In this document: positions 13,810 through 24,540 of the stretch, in pieces | How the letters are laid out: every line of letters begins with the position of its first letter | How positions within the stretch are numbered: the stretch's first letter is position 1 | NCBI RefSeq assembly: GCF_006345805.1 | Contig: NC_043015.1 | Span: 30,628,001-30,692,000 of the forward strand | Direction: 5' to 3' | Length of the DNA: 64,000 nt | DNA from: Octopus sinensis | Lineage: Eukaryota | Made by a program: the position numbers and the translations under genes | The notes under the pieces: model-generated | Seen by the model: the letters and a program-made list of their open reading frames with translations, nothing else | The model's database searches: none | Told to the model about the DNA's origin: nothing

Positions 13810-14392
13810 ACACACACACACACACAAAAGTTTAATTTTTCGTGGTGAGTGGCAAATTAGAACAATGAACAAGTTTAAACTGCCAAAAACAGCTGTAATT
13901 TCTGTTAAAAACAAATATAAAGGTGGGTAGGAGTGGAGAACATTTTTTTTGTTTTCAGGACCATTCCAGCAGAAATTTCAGAAATACAAACAGAATCCAA
14001 ACTCTAGACAACTAAATTCAAAAAAAGTCAACAAGAATACACATGAATCATTTATAAAATATAGAGATTTGACGAACAATTCTTGTGGACTGTCAAGGTT
14101 AGACAAAGATTCCCATTAAAAATCTCTGTCTAGACGTGACTGGGTGGTTTGTTAAAGAGGGAACATTTTAGGCTGCATGTAGTTGTCTAAATTTGGAGAC
14201 TATCCAAAGTAAATTCAAATTAAAATAGAGAAATCCAGAATAGACAGACATTCTGTTAGCGACTAAGGCAATTGGAGGGGGGGAGAGGAAGGAAATTACC
14301 AAGAGATCCAACTTTGGAATAAAGGTCTCCGTGGCATTACAAAAAAAAAAAGGGAGGAAAGTTTTCAAAATCTGTCTCTGATGCATCTCGTC

Positions 14393-14941
14393 TTATTTAA
14401 CCGGTTTCATATTCCATAATCCATCATTTAGATAATGTAAATTCTCAAGACCAATACCTTTGTTTTTCTGAAGAATCTCCTCGGTCGACATTTTAGTGAG
14501 TCCGATGGCCAGGGCATTCTGCTTGCCCTCGGCCATAACCACCACGATCGAACTGTTACCAACTTTGGTCATCTTGGCACCCGGCGAGGTTAACCCAGGA
14601 CACATGATGTTGGCACCGCTCAGCACGAAGCGAATGGCACCCTTGTCCACCTGCATGGGGGGTAGAATAAACGGGTATTTGTGGATGAGCTTCAGCGTCG
14701 GAATGTAGGGTCCTTCGCGCTGTTTGAAGAAGAGGATTTCACCGTTTTGTGCTGCCAACAACTCAATATGTTCGTGACACTTGACAACTTTCAGGGCATC
14801 TTTTTTGGGAAGAATTTGGTTGAGCACAGATTCAATGTAAGGATATTGTTCCTGGACACTCTGCCGGATCGTCCTCTGCACGGACGATTTGGCATTGTTC
14901 ACGCTGGACACCATTTCCTTGTCGGAGAACTTTTTAAACAT
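14393..14941 (-). CDS. MCTS1: Malignant T-cell-amplified sequence 1 (MCT-1, PUA-domain translation re-initiation factor); single-exon CDS, 182 aa
   Basis: Uninterrupted [12 protein letters not shown]...CHEHIE...[50 protein letters not shown]...[11 protein letters not shown]...[23 protein letters not shown] is colinear end to end with the MCTS1 sequence I recall. Full length, no frameshift, visibly GC/CpG-richer than its flanks. Confidence 0.97.
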   Translation of the reverse strand: MFKKFSDKEMVSSVNNAKSSVQRTIRQSVQEQYPYIESVLNQILPKKDALKVVKCHEHIELLAAQNGEILFFKQREGPYIPTLKLIHKYPFILPPMQVDKGAIRFVLSGANIMCPGLTSPGAKMTKVGNSSIVVVMAEGKQNALAIGLTKMSTEEILQKNKGIGLENLHYLNDGLWNMKPVK

Positions 14942-15000
14942 CTTTTTTTTTCTCTAATAATCCAAAAACTGTTTCACTTCGAGTCGGCACGCTGCTGGTC

Positions 15001-15015
15001 CACTTCCGGAAGCGG
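15001..15015. promoter_or_regulatory. Overlapping ETS (GABP-type) motif dyad, likely MCTS1 core promoter element
   Basis: cACTTCCGGAAGCgg holds CCGGAAGT on minus and CCGGAAGC on plus around the perfect palindrome CTTCCGGAAG (15003-15012). It lies ~60 bp upstream of the MCTS1 ATG in a CpG-rich patch; such motifs are typical of TATA-less housekeeping promoters. Confidence 0.6.
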
Positions 15016-15117
15016 ATGTCGCTTTCCTCCCGTATACAGGTCCGCAGCAAATACCAAACAACAACGTACATGTGCGTGTGTAGTATTATATATATATATA
15101 TATATGTGTGTGTAGTA

Positions 15118-15152
<35 letters not shown>

Positions 15153-15282
15153 TACAAAATAAGCAACAAGGTTATCCTTGTTGCTTATTTTGATTATAAT
15201 CACCCCATTTGATTTATATGGATAATACCATACCAAATTCTGGTGCCTTTAACTTAAGTACCATATTCATCTAAATCTATAT

Positions 15283-15354
<72 letters not shown>

Positions 15355-15960
15355 CGCGCTACTACACACATAAACACACATACAGTCTCGCAGCAACCGG
15401 CATTTATCGTCGAATTTTAAAAGATGTCCCCGATATTTTAAAAATATCGCCAATATTTTTAAAATGTCTTAAATTATTTTGTTTTTACACATAAACCTTA
15501 AGACTTGAGGTTTATTAAGTGCAAGGAAGTTGCTTAGCAACGTGATGTTGATTGGGTTCAACCGACATTTAACACCCGATCTTTGACTGAAAGTTTGGCC
15601 TAAACTGAACGATTCGGTCTTTCGGGGTCTAATTTCTTCCCTGGACTGAATACATATGAATGAGAGTCCGTGTATTCATCTGAACACACTTTTTGCGATG
15701 AGCAAACAAGACAGCCTCTACGTGATCACGCAAACTGCTAAAAATAGCAGCAGAATCTCTCATATCACACCCTCCTATCTTAAAATTGGAATAACATATT
15801 AGATATTGTAGTCCTGTATGTACGCACGACAGTATTTGACTTTAAGTACCATTAGTACGAGACAAAGGGGTTTTTTTCTACAGTGACTAGTTTTGGAAGT
15901 TTTTACTGTCTTGTTTCAAAATTTAACTCAGATTAACTTGTATGTGTTAAATTGATAGAA

Positions 15961-16380
15961 AAGGCGGCGAGCTGGCAGAATCGTTGGCACGCCGGGCGAA
16001 ATGCTTAGCGGTATTTCGTCCGCCGCTGCGTTCTGAGTTCAAATTCCGCCGAGGTCGACTCTGCCTTTCATCCTTTCGAGGTCGATAAATTAAGTACCAG
16101 TTACGCACTGGGGTCGATGTAATCTACTTAATACCTATGTCTGTCCTTGTTTTTCCCCTCTATGTTCAGCCCCTTGTGGGTAATAAAGAAATAGGTATTT
16201 CGTCCGCCGCTGCATTCTGAGTGCAAATTCCGCCGAGGTCGACTTCGCCTTTCATCCTTTCGGGGTCGATAAATTAAGGACCAGTTACGCATTGTTATCT
16301 ATGTAATCAACTTAATCCGTTCGTCAGTCCTTGTTTGTCCCCTCTGTTTTTTAGCCCCTTGTGGGTAGTAAAAAATAGGC
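15961..16380 (+). mobile_element. tRNA-headed SINE family B (Meta-domain-like), head plus two tandem bodies
   Basis: ggcggcgagctggcagaatcgttggcacgccgggcg head; core gcctttcatcctttcggggtcgataaattaagtaccag; the body repeats from ggtatttcgtc. Confidence 0.85.
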
Positions 16381-16513
16381 ATTTTTAATTTGACAATTTC
16401 TTCGTCTTGTTTTGTTAGGACATTTCTTTAAGCAAATATACGCAAGTAAATAATTTATTAGTTACAAAACTTCCAAAAAATGCAATCTCCCCGCCCCCCA
16501 AAAAATTACTATA

Positions 16514-16840
16514 GGGCGCAGGTATGGCTGTGTGGTAAGAAGCTTGCTTCCCAACCACATGGTTCCAGGTTGAATCCCACTGCATGACACCTTGGGCAAG
16601 TGTCTTCTACTATAGCCTTGTGAGTGGATTTGGTAGATGGAAACTGAAAGAAACCCATCGTATATGTGTCTGTGTCTTTCCTCCACCACCACTTGACAAC
16701 CAATGTTAGTGTATCGATAGAGTAAGTACCAGCTTAAAACGAAAAAAAAAAAGGACTGAAATCGATTTATTCTTCAAGGCAGTGCCCCAGCGTGACCGCA
16801 GTCTATTGACTGGAACAGGTAAAAGATAAAAGAAAGAATA
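16514..16840 (+). mobile_element. SINE family A, internally deleted
   Basis: Same consensus. Confidence 0.85.
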
Positions 16841-17134
16841 AAAATATTTTTTTCGAAAAAATGAGATTAGTAAAAAAAAAAGTATGCACATACCTTCAAT
16901 TATACACTGTGCCAAGGAATACGGGTGTTCTCCTCTAAAAACTTTTGAGCCAACCCAAAATACATGCAGCAAGACTGAGGTGTGCTGGGAAAGAAAGGTA
17001 GGCACCACAAGAACTTTAGTGAGACGGGATGCCAGCGACAAAAGAATTCCGTTGTCAAAATCTGCCTTCCCTACGAACGTCTTGAATGTCAGTGGTTGAA
17101 AATGTCATTTATTGACAAATTATTCATCGACGAA

Positions 17135-17352
17135 CCCTTTCGTTACTAACCCGGCCAAAACCGGTTCTGGCTCTGTAGTACAAATGTCTTCTTTTCATAA
17201 GTTTTGCATCAAAATATACCACCAAACCTTAGTTGCAATTTATATTACTAACACTAGCTTAATGATAGCTAAGTTATTTTACTAAATTCTTTGTTATATT
17301 TAAAATAATTGAAAGCAACACAGAGCATCTCAAAATAAATACGGTTACCAGT
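17135..17352 (+). mobile_element. Second piggyBac-like MITE family, 3' end truncated
   Basis: Begins aaCCCTTTCGTTAC; the matching right TIR is only partly present (aaatacggttac). Confidence 0.45.
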
Positions 17353-17815
17353 ATCTTATTCTGCTCAGCTACGAATACACTAACCTACCAACTCTGGTGC
17401 AGCATTTAGAATGTACAGTGGACATAAGCGACTTGCCACATGAGGCATGTTACCTCTAAGCCCAAATATAAAGAGTAAGCCCCCATACGACGTCTTTCCC
17501 CACCCCCATCGTCCTGAGACGATCTTCAATTGAAATTTCGTTTGTGATATTCCGTCTGTCTTTACGTTCTGCATTCAAATTCCGCCAAGGTCGACTTTGC
17601 TTTTCAGCCTTTCGGGATTGATAAAATAAATACAGGTTAAGCATTGTAATCGATTTACCCACTCCCTCGAAATTGCTGCTCTTATGCCAAAATATGAAAC
17701 CAATTTCTTAGATTATCTTTTACTTGTTTCCCTCATTTGACAGTGGCCATGCTAGGGCAGCACTTTGAAAGATTTAGTCGAACAAATCAACCCCAGTACT
17801 TTCATATATACAAAC

Positions 17816-17868
<53 letters not shown>

Positions 17869-18014
17869 TCATCATCGTTTAACGTCCGCTTATTTATATA
17901 TATAACACCAAGTAAGGGGTTGTGGGTCCAACCCACTAAGGGATAATACTTATCCAATATACTGTTGGTATAATACCCAAATTATTAAAACACAAGTGTT
18001 TTTAATTGCAATGC

Positions 18015-18155
18015 AATTGGCGTTAGGAAGAGTATCCAGCTGTAGAAACACTGCCAGATAAGACTGGAGCCTGGTGCAGCCTTCTGGCTTCCCAGATCCC
18101 CGGTCGAACCGTCCAACCCATGCTAGCATGGAGAACGGACGTTAAACGATGATGA
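18015..18155 (+). mobile_element. Repeat D copy (3' part)
   Basis: Same consensus. Confidence 0.8.
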
Positions 18156-18224
18156 TTGTATGTTTGTATGTATTATTTAAAAGCAGAAATATAACAAGTT
18201 TTTATTATATTTTAGTTAACAAAA

Positions 18225-18262
18225 CTGTCCGAAGAACGGGAACATGAAACTCTGAGTAACAG
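18225..18262 (+). ncRNA. Minimal hammerhead-like motif, CCGAAGA core variant
   Basis: CUGU CCGAAGA ACG ggaa CAU GAAA CUC u GAG UA|ACAG. Stem I CUGU/ACAG; stem II ACG/CAU has one mismatch consistent with CpG decay; stem III ACUC/GAGU is near-palindromic. Confidence 0.5.
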
Positions 18263-18362
18263 CTTTTGTTATATTTCTGCTGCTTTTAAATAAAGCATTA
18301 CTCTACTTCTGGTATTAGGGTACTCTTTTTCCCACCTTGTTTCACATTTATGTGCTTACTCT

Positions 18363-18394
<32 letters not shown>

Positions 18395-18397
<3 letters not shown>

Positions 18398-18690
18398 TAT
18401 CATCATCATCGTTTAACGTCCATTTACCATGCTAGCATGGTTTGGACAGTTCAACTGGGGTCTGGAAAGCCAGGAGGCTGCACCAGGCTGAGTCTGATCT
18501 GGCAGTGTTTCTACAGCTGGATGCCCTTCCTAACGCCAACCACTCCATGAGTGTAGTGGGTGCTTTTTATGTGCCACCTGCACGGAGGCCAGTCGGGGCG
18601 GTGCTGGCAACGGCCACGTTCAGATGGTTCTCTTACGTGCCACCGGCACTGGTATCACAGCTACAATTTCCATTGATGTTGATCGATTTC
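18395..18690 (-). mobile_element. Repeat D copy
   Basis: Same consensus. Confidence 0.8.
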
Positions 18691-18702
18691 GATTTTGATT
18701 TT

Positions 18703-18755
<53 letters not shown>

Positions 18756-18889
18756 GAGGAATTACCTTGGATGTTTATTCCACTTGCATTTATTGGTATC
18801 TGTTTGTTGGATATAGATAACCAAATTCATTTAACTCTCGGTGCTTTATAGATATCTACTTGGAATTTTTAATCTCTTTTACTTCTAAT

Positions 18890-19740
18890 TATATCACCTG
18901 GATCGGCCAGGTGATGTCTGGTGCCAAGTCGGCCTTAACTGGCCACAGCATTTGCTCCATTCCCCTCGTGCTCTCACCGTTCTCTTCCATGTTGTTCCAA
19001 ACATCTTTCTTAAATCATCTTGCCACCTGACTGGAGGTCTTCCAGGTGGTCTCTTTCGTTCGTACAGGTACCACTCAACAACTGCATGTGCGGCGAGCTG
19101 GCAGAAGCGTTAGCATGCTGGGCGAAATGCGGAGCAGTATTTTGTCTACCACTACGTTCTGAGTTCAAATTCCGCCGAGGTCAACTTTGCCTTTCATCCT
19201 TTCGGGGTCGATTAAATAAGTACCAGTTATGCACTGAGGTCGATATAATCGACTTAATCCGTTTGTCTCTCCTTGTTTGTCCTGTATTTCGTCTGCCGTT
19301 ACGTTCTGAGTTCAAATTTCACCGAGGTCGACTTTACCTTTCATCCTTTTGGGGTCGTTAAATAAGTACCAGTTATGTACTGGGGTTGATATAATCGACT
19401 TAATCCCTTTGTCTGTCCTTGTTTGTCCCCTCTATGTTTAGCCCCTTGTAGGTAGTAAAGAAATAGGGATCATTGATTGTCTGTGGACCTTGCAACATAA
19501 CAGACCCATCGTAGTGTGGTGGTATTCTGTGACAATGTCCTTCACTCCAGTTCTATCCCTGATCTTCTCATTCCAGATGTGATCTCTTAGCGAGATTCCC
19601 AACATTGACCTTTCCATGGCTCTCTGTGCCGTTGGCAGATGTTGTTCTTCTCTCTTCATCAAGGCCCAAGTCTCACATGCATATAGTGTTGAGAGAACAA
19701 CATGTAAATGTTGTGAAGGATGAACAGCTGAGGGAAGCCA
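18890..19740 (-). mobile_element. RTE LINE C-terminal remnant (family RTE-b), split by a SINE-B dimer
   Basis: LYACETWALMKREEQHLPTAQRAMERSMLGISLRDHIWNEKIRDRTGVKDIV, then beyond the SINE AHAVVEWYLYERKRPPGRPPVRWQDDLRKMFGTTW. Confidence 0.8.
19089..19466 (+). mobile_element. SINE family B, head plus two tandem bodies
   Basis: Second body again restarts at gtatttcgtc. Confidence 0.85.
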
Positions 19741-20277
19741 TATATGTGTGTGCATATATATATATATATGACAAGCTTCCAGGCAGTTTCCATCTATGAA
19801 ATTCACTCACAAGGCATTGGTTGGTCCACATCTATAGAAGGAGATACTTGCCCAAGGACTGAACCTGAAACCACATGGTTGCAAAGTAACCTCCTTAACT
19901 ATTCAACTATGAAATTTTCATAGATTTTTGTGATCAAGGATTTCTAACATTTTTCTTTTTTTTAATATGATAACCATGTTTAGGATTCTATTATATAATA
20001 TTGTCAGTGTAACATCATATGTAATGTTAAAATGGTGATGAAAAACGTTTTTAGGCGCACTGGAAGAGGAAATACAAAAAACAAAAAAGGCTGGTCAAAA
20101 GACATTTTGACCACGTTCAAGTAGATTTCAGGCCTGAAACACATGAGGACAGTTGGACAAGAGCAGAGGAAAGTGCTGCAGGACGCCTTATGTATTTCAA
20201 ACATGGGAAGACCTAAGACTAAGACTAATAATAGCTTGGTCTGATCAATCTTAACTAAGGGTTAAACAGCAACAACA

Positions 20278-21050
20278 GTGGAGATGCAATGGCCCAATGG
20301 TTAGGGCAGCGGACTCATGGTCGGAGGATTGCGGTTTCGATTCCCAGACTGGGCATTTTTTTTTTTACTTATTTCAGTCATGTGACTGTGGCCATGGTGG
20401 AGCACCGCCTTTAGTCGAGCAAATCGACCCCAGGACTTTTTTTTTGTAAGCCTAGTACTTATTTTATCGGTCTCTTTATTGCCGAACCGCTAAGTTACGG
20501 GGACATAAACACACCAGCATCGGTTGTCAAGCGATGTTGGGGGAACAAAGACACACAAACACGCACATACATATATATATATATACATATATACGACGGG
20601 CTTCTTTCAGTTTCCGTCTACCAAATCCACTCACAAGGCTTTGGGTGGCCCGAGGCTATAGTAGAAGACACTTGCCCAAGGTGCCACACAGTGGGACTGA
20701 ACCCGGAACCATGTGGTTCGTAAGCAAGCTACTTACCACACAGCCACTCCTACGCCTATTTGTGTGTGTTTATTGAGCGAAAACACCTAAAGCTCCACGA
20801 GGCTCCGGCAGGGGGTGGTGGCGACCCCTGTTGTACTCTTTCGCTCCAACTTTCTCTCACTCTTTCTTCCTGTTTCTTGTCCCCGACTTCCTACGCAACC
20901 GCTGAGCCTGGATGCGCATTCATCCATCCATTGATGCTCTCAGTGTCAGGGGTTGACCCGCTTTCTCTTCTGCGGGTCTTACGAATAGCAAAGGACCACG
21001 TTTCGGACTTCTCTCATCTTGCGAGCTCTGGGACGAAGACCGTTCGCCCA
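20278..21050 (+). mobile_element. SINE family C (same tail as the 45270-45633 copy), interrupted by SINE A
   Basis: Head at 20278-20355, body and tail at 20759-21050. Confidence 0.85.
20356..20758 (-). mobile_element. SINE family A inserted into a SINE-C copy
   Basis: Full reverse-complement copy separating the SINE-C head (20278-20355) from its body (20759-21050). Confidence 0.9.
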
Positions 21051-21390
21051 ACAGCAACAGCAGCAATAACATTTTAACAGATATATACATATATATATTT
21101 GTATATATATATATATTTGTATATATAATTATATCTTAGAAGTGATCATTCACACTGTCATTACTCCGAGTTTGCTGTTATGTGCACTTGTTCAAATGAA
21201 CACTCAGCTTTGAATGAATGTGAGTGTGGTTGTGTGGTTGTGTGAGTGGGAGTTACAATTAAAATTATTTAGTTTTATTCATTGTTAAAATGTTTATATT
21301 GATGGAGAACATCAGGAAAAAATATTATTATTATTGAGTGAGAGAGCAGTGCATGCCATCAGAGTGATGGGAAAGGAAATAGAGACTTAC

Positions 21391-21476
21391 GTGGTTTGAG
21401 TTTGGTAGTATTCAACCAGGTGTTGTAGTAGATCGACTCCTTTCTTTGTGCGGATTTCATTGACTTTTATTAGATA
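21391..21476 (-). CDS. ASAP: ASAP-family ArfGAP, next BAR-domain exon, 86 bp, phase 0-2: YLIKVNEIRTKKGVDLLQHLVEYYQTQT(T)
   Basis: tcttctgtttgtttgcag|TAT CTA ATA AAA GTC AAT GAA ATC CGC ACA AAG AAA GGA GTC GAT CTA CTA CAA CAC CTG GTT GAA TAC TAC CAA ACT CAA ACC AC|gtaagt. In frame with the 22885-22938 exon and matches ASAP1 YLIKVNEIKTKKGVDLLQNLIKYYHAQ. Confidence 0.95.
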
Positions 21477-21571
21477 CTGCAAACAAACAGAAGAAGAAAT
21501 TAGACAACTTTAAACATTCATCTGCTAAAATAAGTCTTTAAGATTTAAGTTTGCAAATGAGAGACTAACAG

Positions 21572-22246
21572 AAAGTATGGGAAGCTAGCAATGCCAAAAT
21601 CACAAAGTATGGAAAGCTAGCGGTGCCAAAATCACAAAATATGGAAAGCCAGCTGTGCCAAAATCACAAAGTATGGAAGGCCAGCGGTGCCAAAATCACA
21701 AAGCATGGAACGTCAGCGTTGCCAAAATCACAAAGCATGGAAGGCCAGCGGTGCCAAAATCACAAAGCATGGAAAGCCAGCGGTGCCAAAATCACAAAGC
21801 ATGGAAAGCCAGCGGTGCCAAAATCACAAAGCATGGAAAGCCAGCGGTGCCAAAATCACAAAGCATGGAAAGCCAGTGGTGCCAAAATCACAAAGCATGG
21901 AAAGCCAGCAGTGCCAAAATCACAAAGCATGGAAAGCCAGCGGTTCCAAAATCACAAAGCATGGAAAGTTAGCAGTGCCAAAATCACAAAGCATGGAAAG
22001 CCATCAGTGCCAAAATCACAAAGCATGGAGAGCTAGCAGTGCCAAAATCACAAAGCATGGAGAGCTAGCAGTGCCAAAATCACAAAGCATGGAAACCTAG
22101 CAGTGCCAAAATCACAAAGCAAGGAAAGCTAGCAATGCCAAAATCACATAGTATGGAAAGCTAGCAATGCCAAAATCACATAGTATGGAAAGCTAGCAAT
22201 GCCAAAATCACAAAGTATGGAAAGCTAGCAATGCCAAAGATCACAC
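21572..22246. repeat. 32-bp minisatellite, ~21 units (atggaaagccagcggtgccaaaatcacaaagc), inside the 1408-bp ASAP intron
   Basis: Direct reading of tandem units. Central units carry ccagcggt; units at both ends carry ctagcaat. Confidence 0.97.
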
Positions 22247-22884
22247 AAATACAACTTTAACTCTTGAACATTCAGATTTCTTTGTCAAATGTAAGCCTTA
22301 TTTATTCACATTGTTTTGAATTAATCATGCACTATCTCATAGCTTCACAATTTCTATGATGTGGTTGTTTATTTTTAGAATGACCTTGTAGGGTAGGTGT
22401 GAGACATTGGATCTGCTCAGTTTTAACATAAAACCAGGAGAATATCTAGACCAGAAATGGCTGGATTAAATGCTAGAGTTAAGCCCACTTTCACTATCAA
22501 AGCAGGGATTAGCCTAGGGGTCCCATGACTAAATGTTTTTGGGGACTATCTATCTTTTATCCTTTTCTTGTTTCAGTCATTGGACTGTGGTCATCCTGGG
22601 GCTCTCTCTTTAAGGCTTTATTACATATACATTAGCAATAAGTGGATATCAGTTGAAATGCCAGTAGTGATGGTCATTATAATAGAGGACAGCTGATCTG
22701 TTGATGTCGGTGTTGGATGGTCAAGAAATATAATGACCAGCTGAATGGTAAAAATACAATTTTCATTCTGATATTTTGTTCATTATATTGTCTATTTTGC
22801 AGTGGTAGTAAAGGTCAGACGAATAAATATTACTAAAGCATTGCTTTACAGTCTGATGCCCGTCCTGTCATTAAAGATACTTAC

Positions 22885-22938
22885 TTCACATGCTTGTAAC
22901 TGAAACATTTTTCTTTCTTTTTCCATCTCTTCTGCAAT
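22885..22938 (-). CDS. ASAP: ASAP-family ArfGAP (BAR-PH-ArfGAP-ANK-SH3), internal BAR-domain exon, 54 bp, phase 0-0: IAEEMEKERKMFQLQACE
   Basis: Minus strand reads ttttttttctttgttgcag|ATT GCA GAA GAG ATG GAA AAA GAA AGA AAA ATG TTT CAG TTA CAA GCA TGT GAA|gtaagt. Peptide matches human ASAP1 IAEEMEKERRLFQLQMCE as I recall it. Confidence 0.93.
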
Positions 22939-23304
22939 CTGCAACAAAGAAAAAAAAAGGAATTCTTCTGATTTTCATTTATGCATTACACTTTACCATT
23001 TCTCACTCTCTTTCTCCGTAATTGTGTGTGCAATTACAAACACACACACAAAACATGTATGTATGTATGAATGGATGAATGGATGGATGAATGGATGAAT
23101 GAGTGAAAGAATGAATAAAATGACAATTGCCTTAGTGTTTAGCATGTCTGCACAATTTATGGTGTGTCTGGATTATGATTCCAGTAGGCACTGAAAAACA
23201 TTTTTGTCCAACCCATGCAAGCATGGAAGATGATTATATGCATACATGTGTATGTGTGTATATATATATATATATTATATATATTATATATATATTATAT
23301 ATAT

Positions 23305-23374
<70 letters not shown>

Positions 23375-23399
23375 CATACATACACACATATATACGTAA

Positions 23400-23640
23400 C
23401 AAAGACCATCCGATCGTGGCCGTTGCCAGCGCCTCGCCTGGCCTCCGTGCCGGTGGCACATAAAAAGCACTCACTACACTCACAGAGTGGTTGGCGTTAG
23501 GAAGGGCATCCAGCTGTAGAAACACCGCCAGATCTGACTGGCCTGGTGCAGCCTTCGGGCTTCCCAGACCCCAGTTGAACCGTCCAACACATGCTAGCAT
23601 GGAAAGCGGACGTTAAATCATGATGATGATGATGATGATA
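23400..23640 (+). mobile_element. Repeat D copy
   Basis: Same consensus. Confidence 0.8.
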
Positions 23641-23730
23641 TATATATATATATATATGTATGTATATATATATATGTATATATATATGTATGTATATATA
23701 TATGTATGTATATATGTATATATATATATA

Positions 23731-24126
23731 TCTTTATATATAAAAGTCAAGTTGTGTGTCTGTCTCCTACGATTTAGATTCCTAACTACTCCCACATTTT
23801 GCGGTGCAGTTTAACCAAAACCGGGTATCTTATAGTCATGATTCATATCGAGCCCTTCTGGGTATTAGCGCGCGTTAACAATGAGTCTACGATTTAAAAA
23901 AAAATTTACCATCATTTTTTTCCATTTTAATGCATTTTTTTCGCTATTATATAAGGGAAGTAACTCTCTAAAACTGTCTACGATGAGTCAACGATTTAAA
24001 AAAAAATTTACCATCATTTTTTTCCATTTTTAACGCATTTTTTTGCTATTTTTGGCTATAACTCTGTAAAATGCTTATATAGTTATTTCCCTTACAAACC
24101 CGAGCAATGCCAGGCAATACTCCTAG
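23731..24126 (+). mobile_element. Non-autonomous Helitron
   Basis: Inserted between A and T; starts TCTTTATATATAAAAG, ends with a GC-rich hairpin (cccgagcaatgccagg) plus CTAG; internal ~100-bp tandem duplication. Confidence 0.8.
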
Positions 24127-24239
24127 TATGTATATATTAAATTAGAGATAAAATTAATCCTAAATCTAATTTTTCCCTGTAAGTTTGGATTTACTCCCTA
24201 ATATTATTATTATATATATGTATGTATATATATATATAT

Positions 24240-24540
24240 GGCCAAAGCCAGTGCCGCCTCGACTGGCTTCCGTGCAGGTGGCATGTAAAATGCACCAATC
24301 TGACCGCGGCCGATGCCAGCCTCGCCTGGCACCAGTGCAGGTGGCACGTAAAAAGCACCCACTACACTCACGGAGTGGTTGGCGTTAGGAAAGGCATCCA
24401 GCTGTAGAAACATTGCCAGATAAGACCGGAGCCTGGTGCAGCCTTCTGGCTTCCCAGATCCCCGGTTGAACCGTCCAACCCATGCTAGCATGGAGAACGG
24501 ACGTTAAACGATGATGATGATGATGATGATAATGATGATG
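24240..24540 (+). mobile_element. Repeat D copy
   Basis: Same consensus. Confidence 0.8.

Noticed and set aside
14496-15115. Plus-strand ORFs of 70 and 144 aa over MCTS1
   Set aside because: Antisense shadows of a GC-rich CDS.
21623-22100. Three overlapping repetitive ORFs (PKSQSMES/CQNHKAWK)
   Set aside because: A stop-free 32-bp unit opens all three frames; it lies antisense in an ASAP intron and has no splice or Kozak support.
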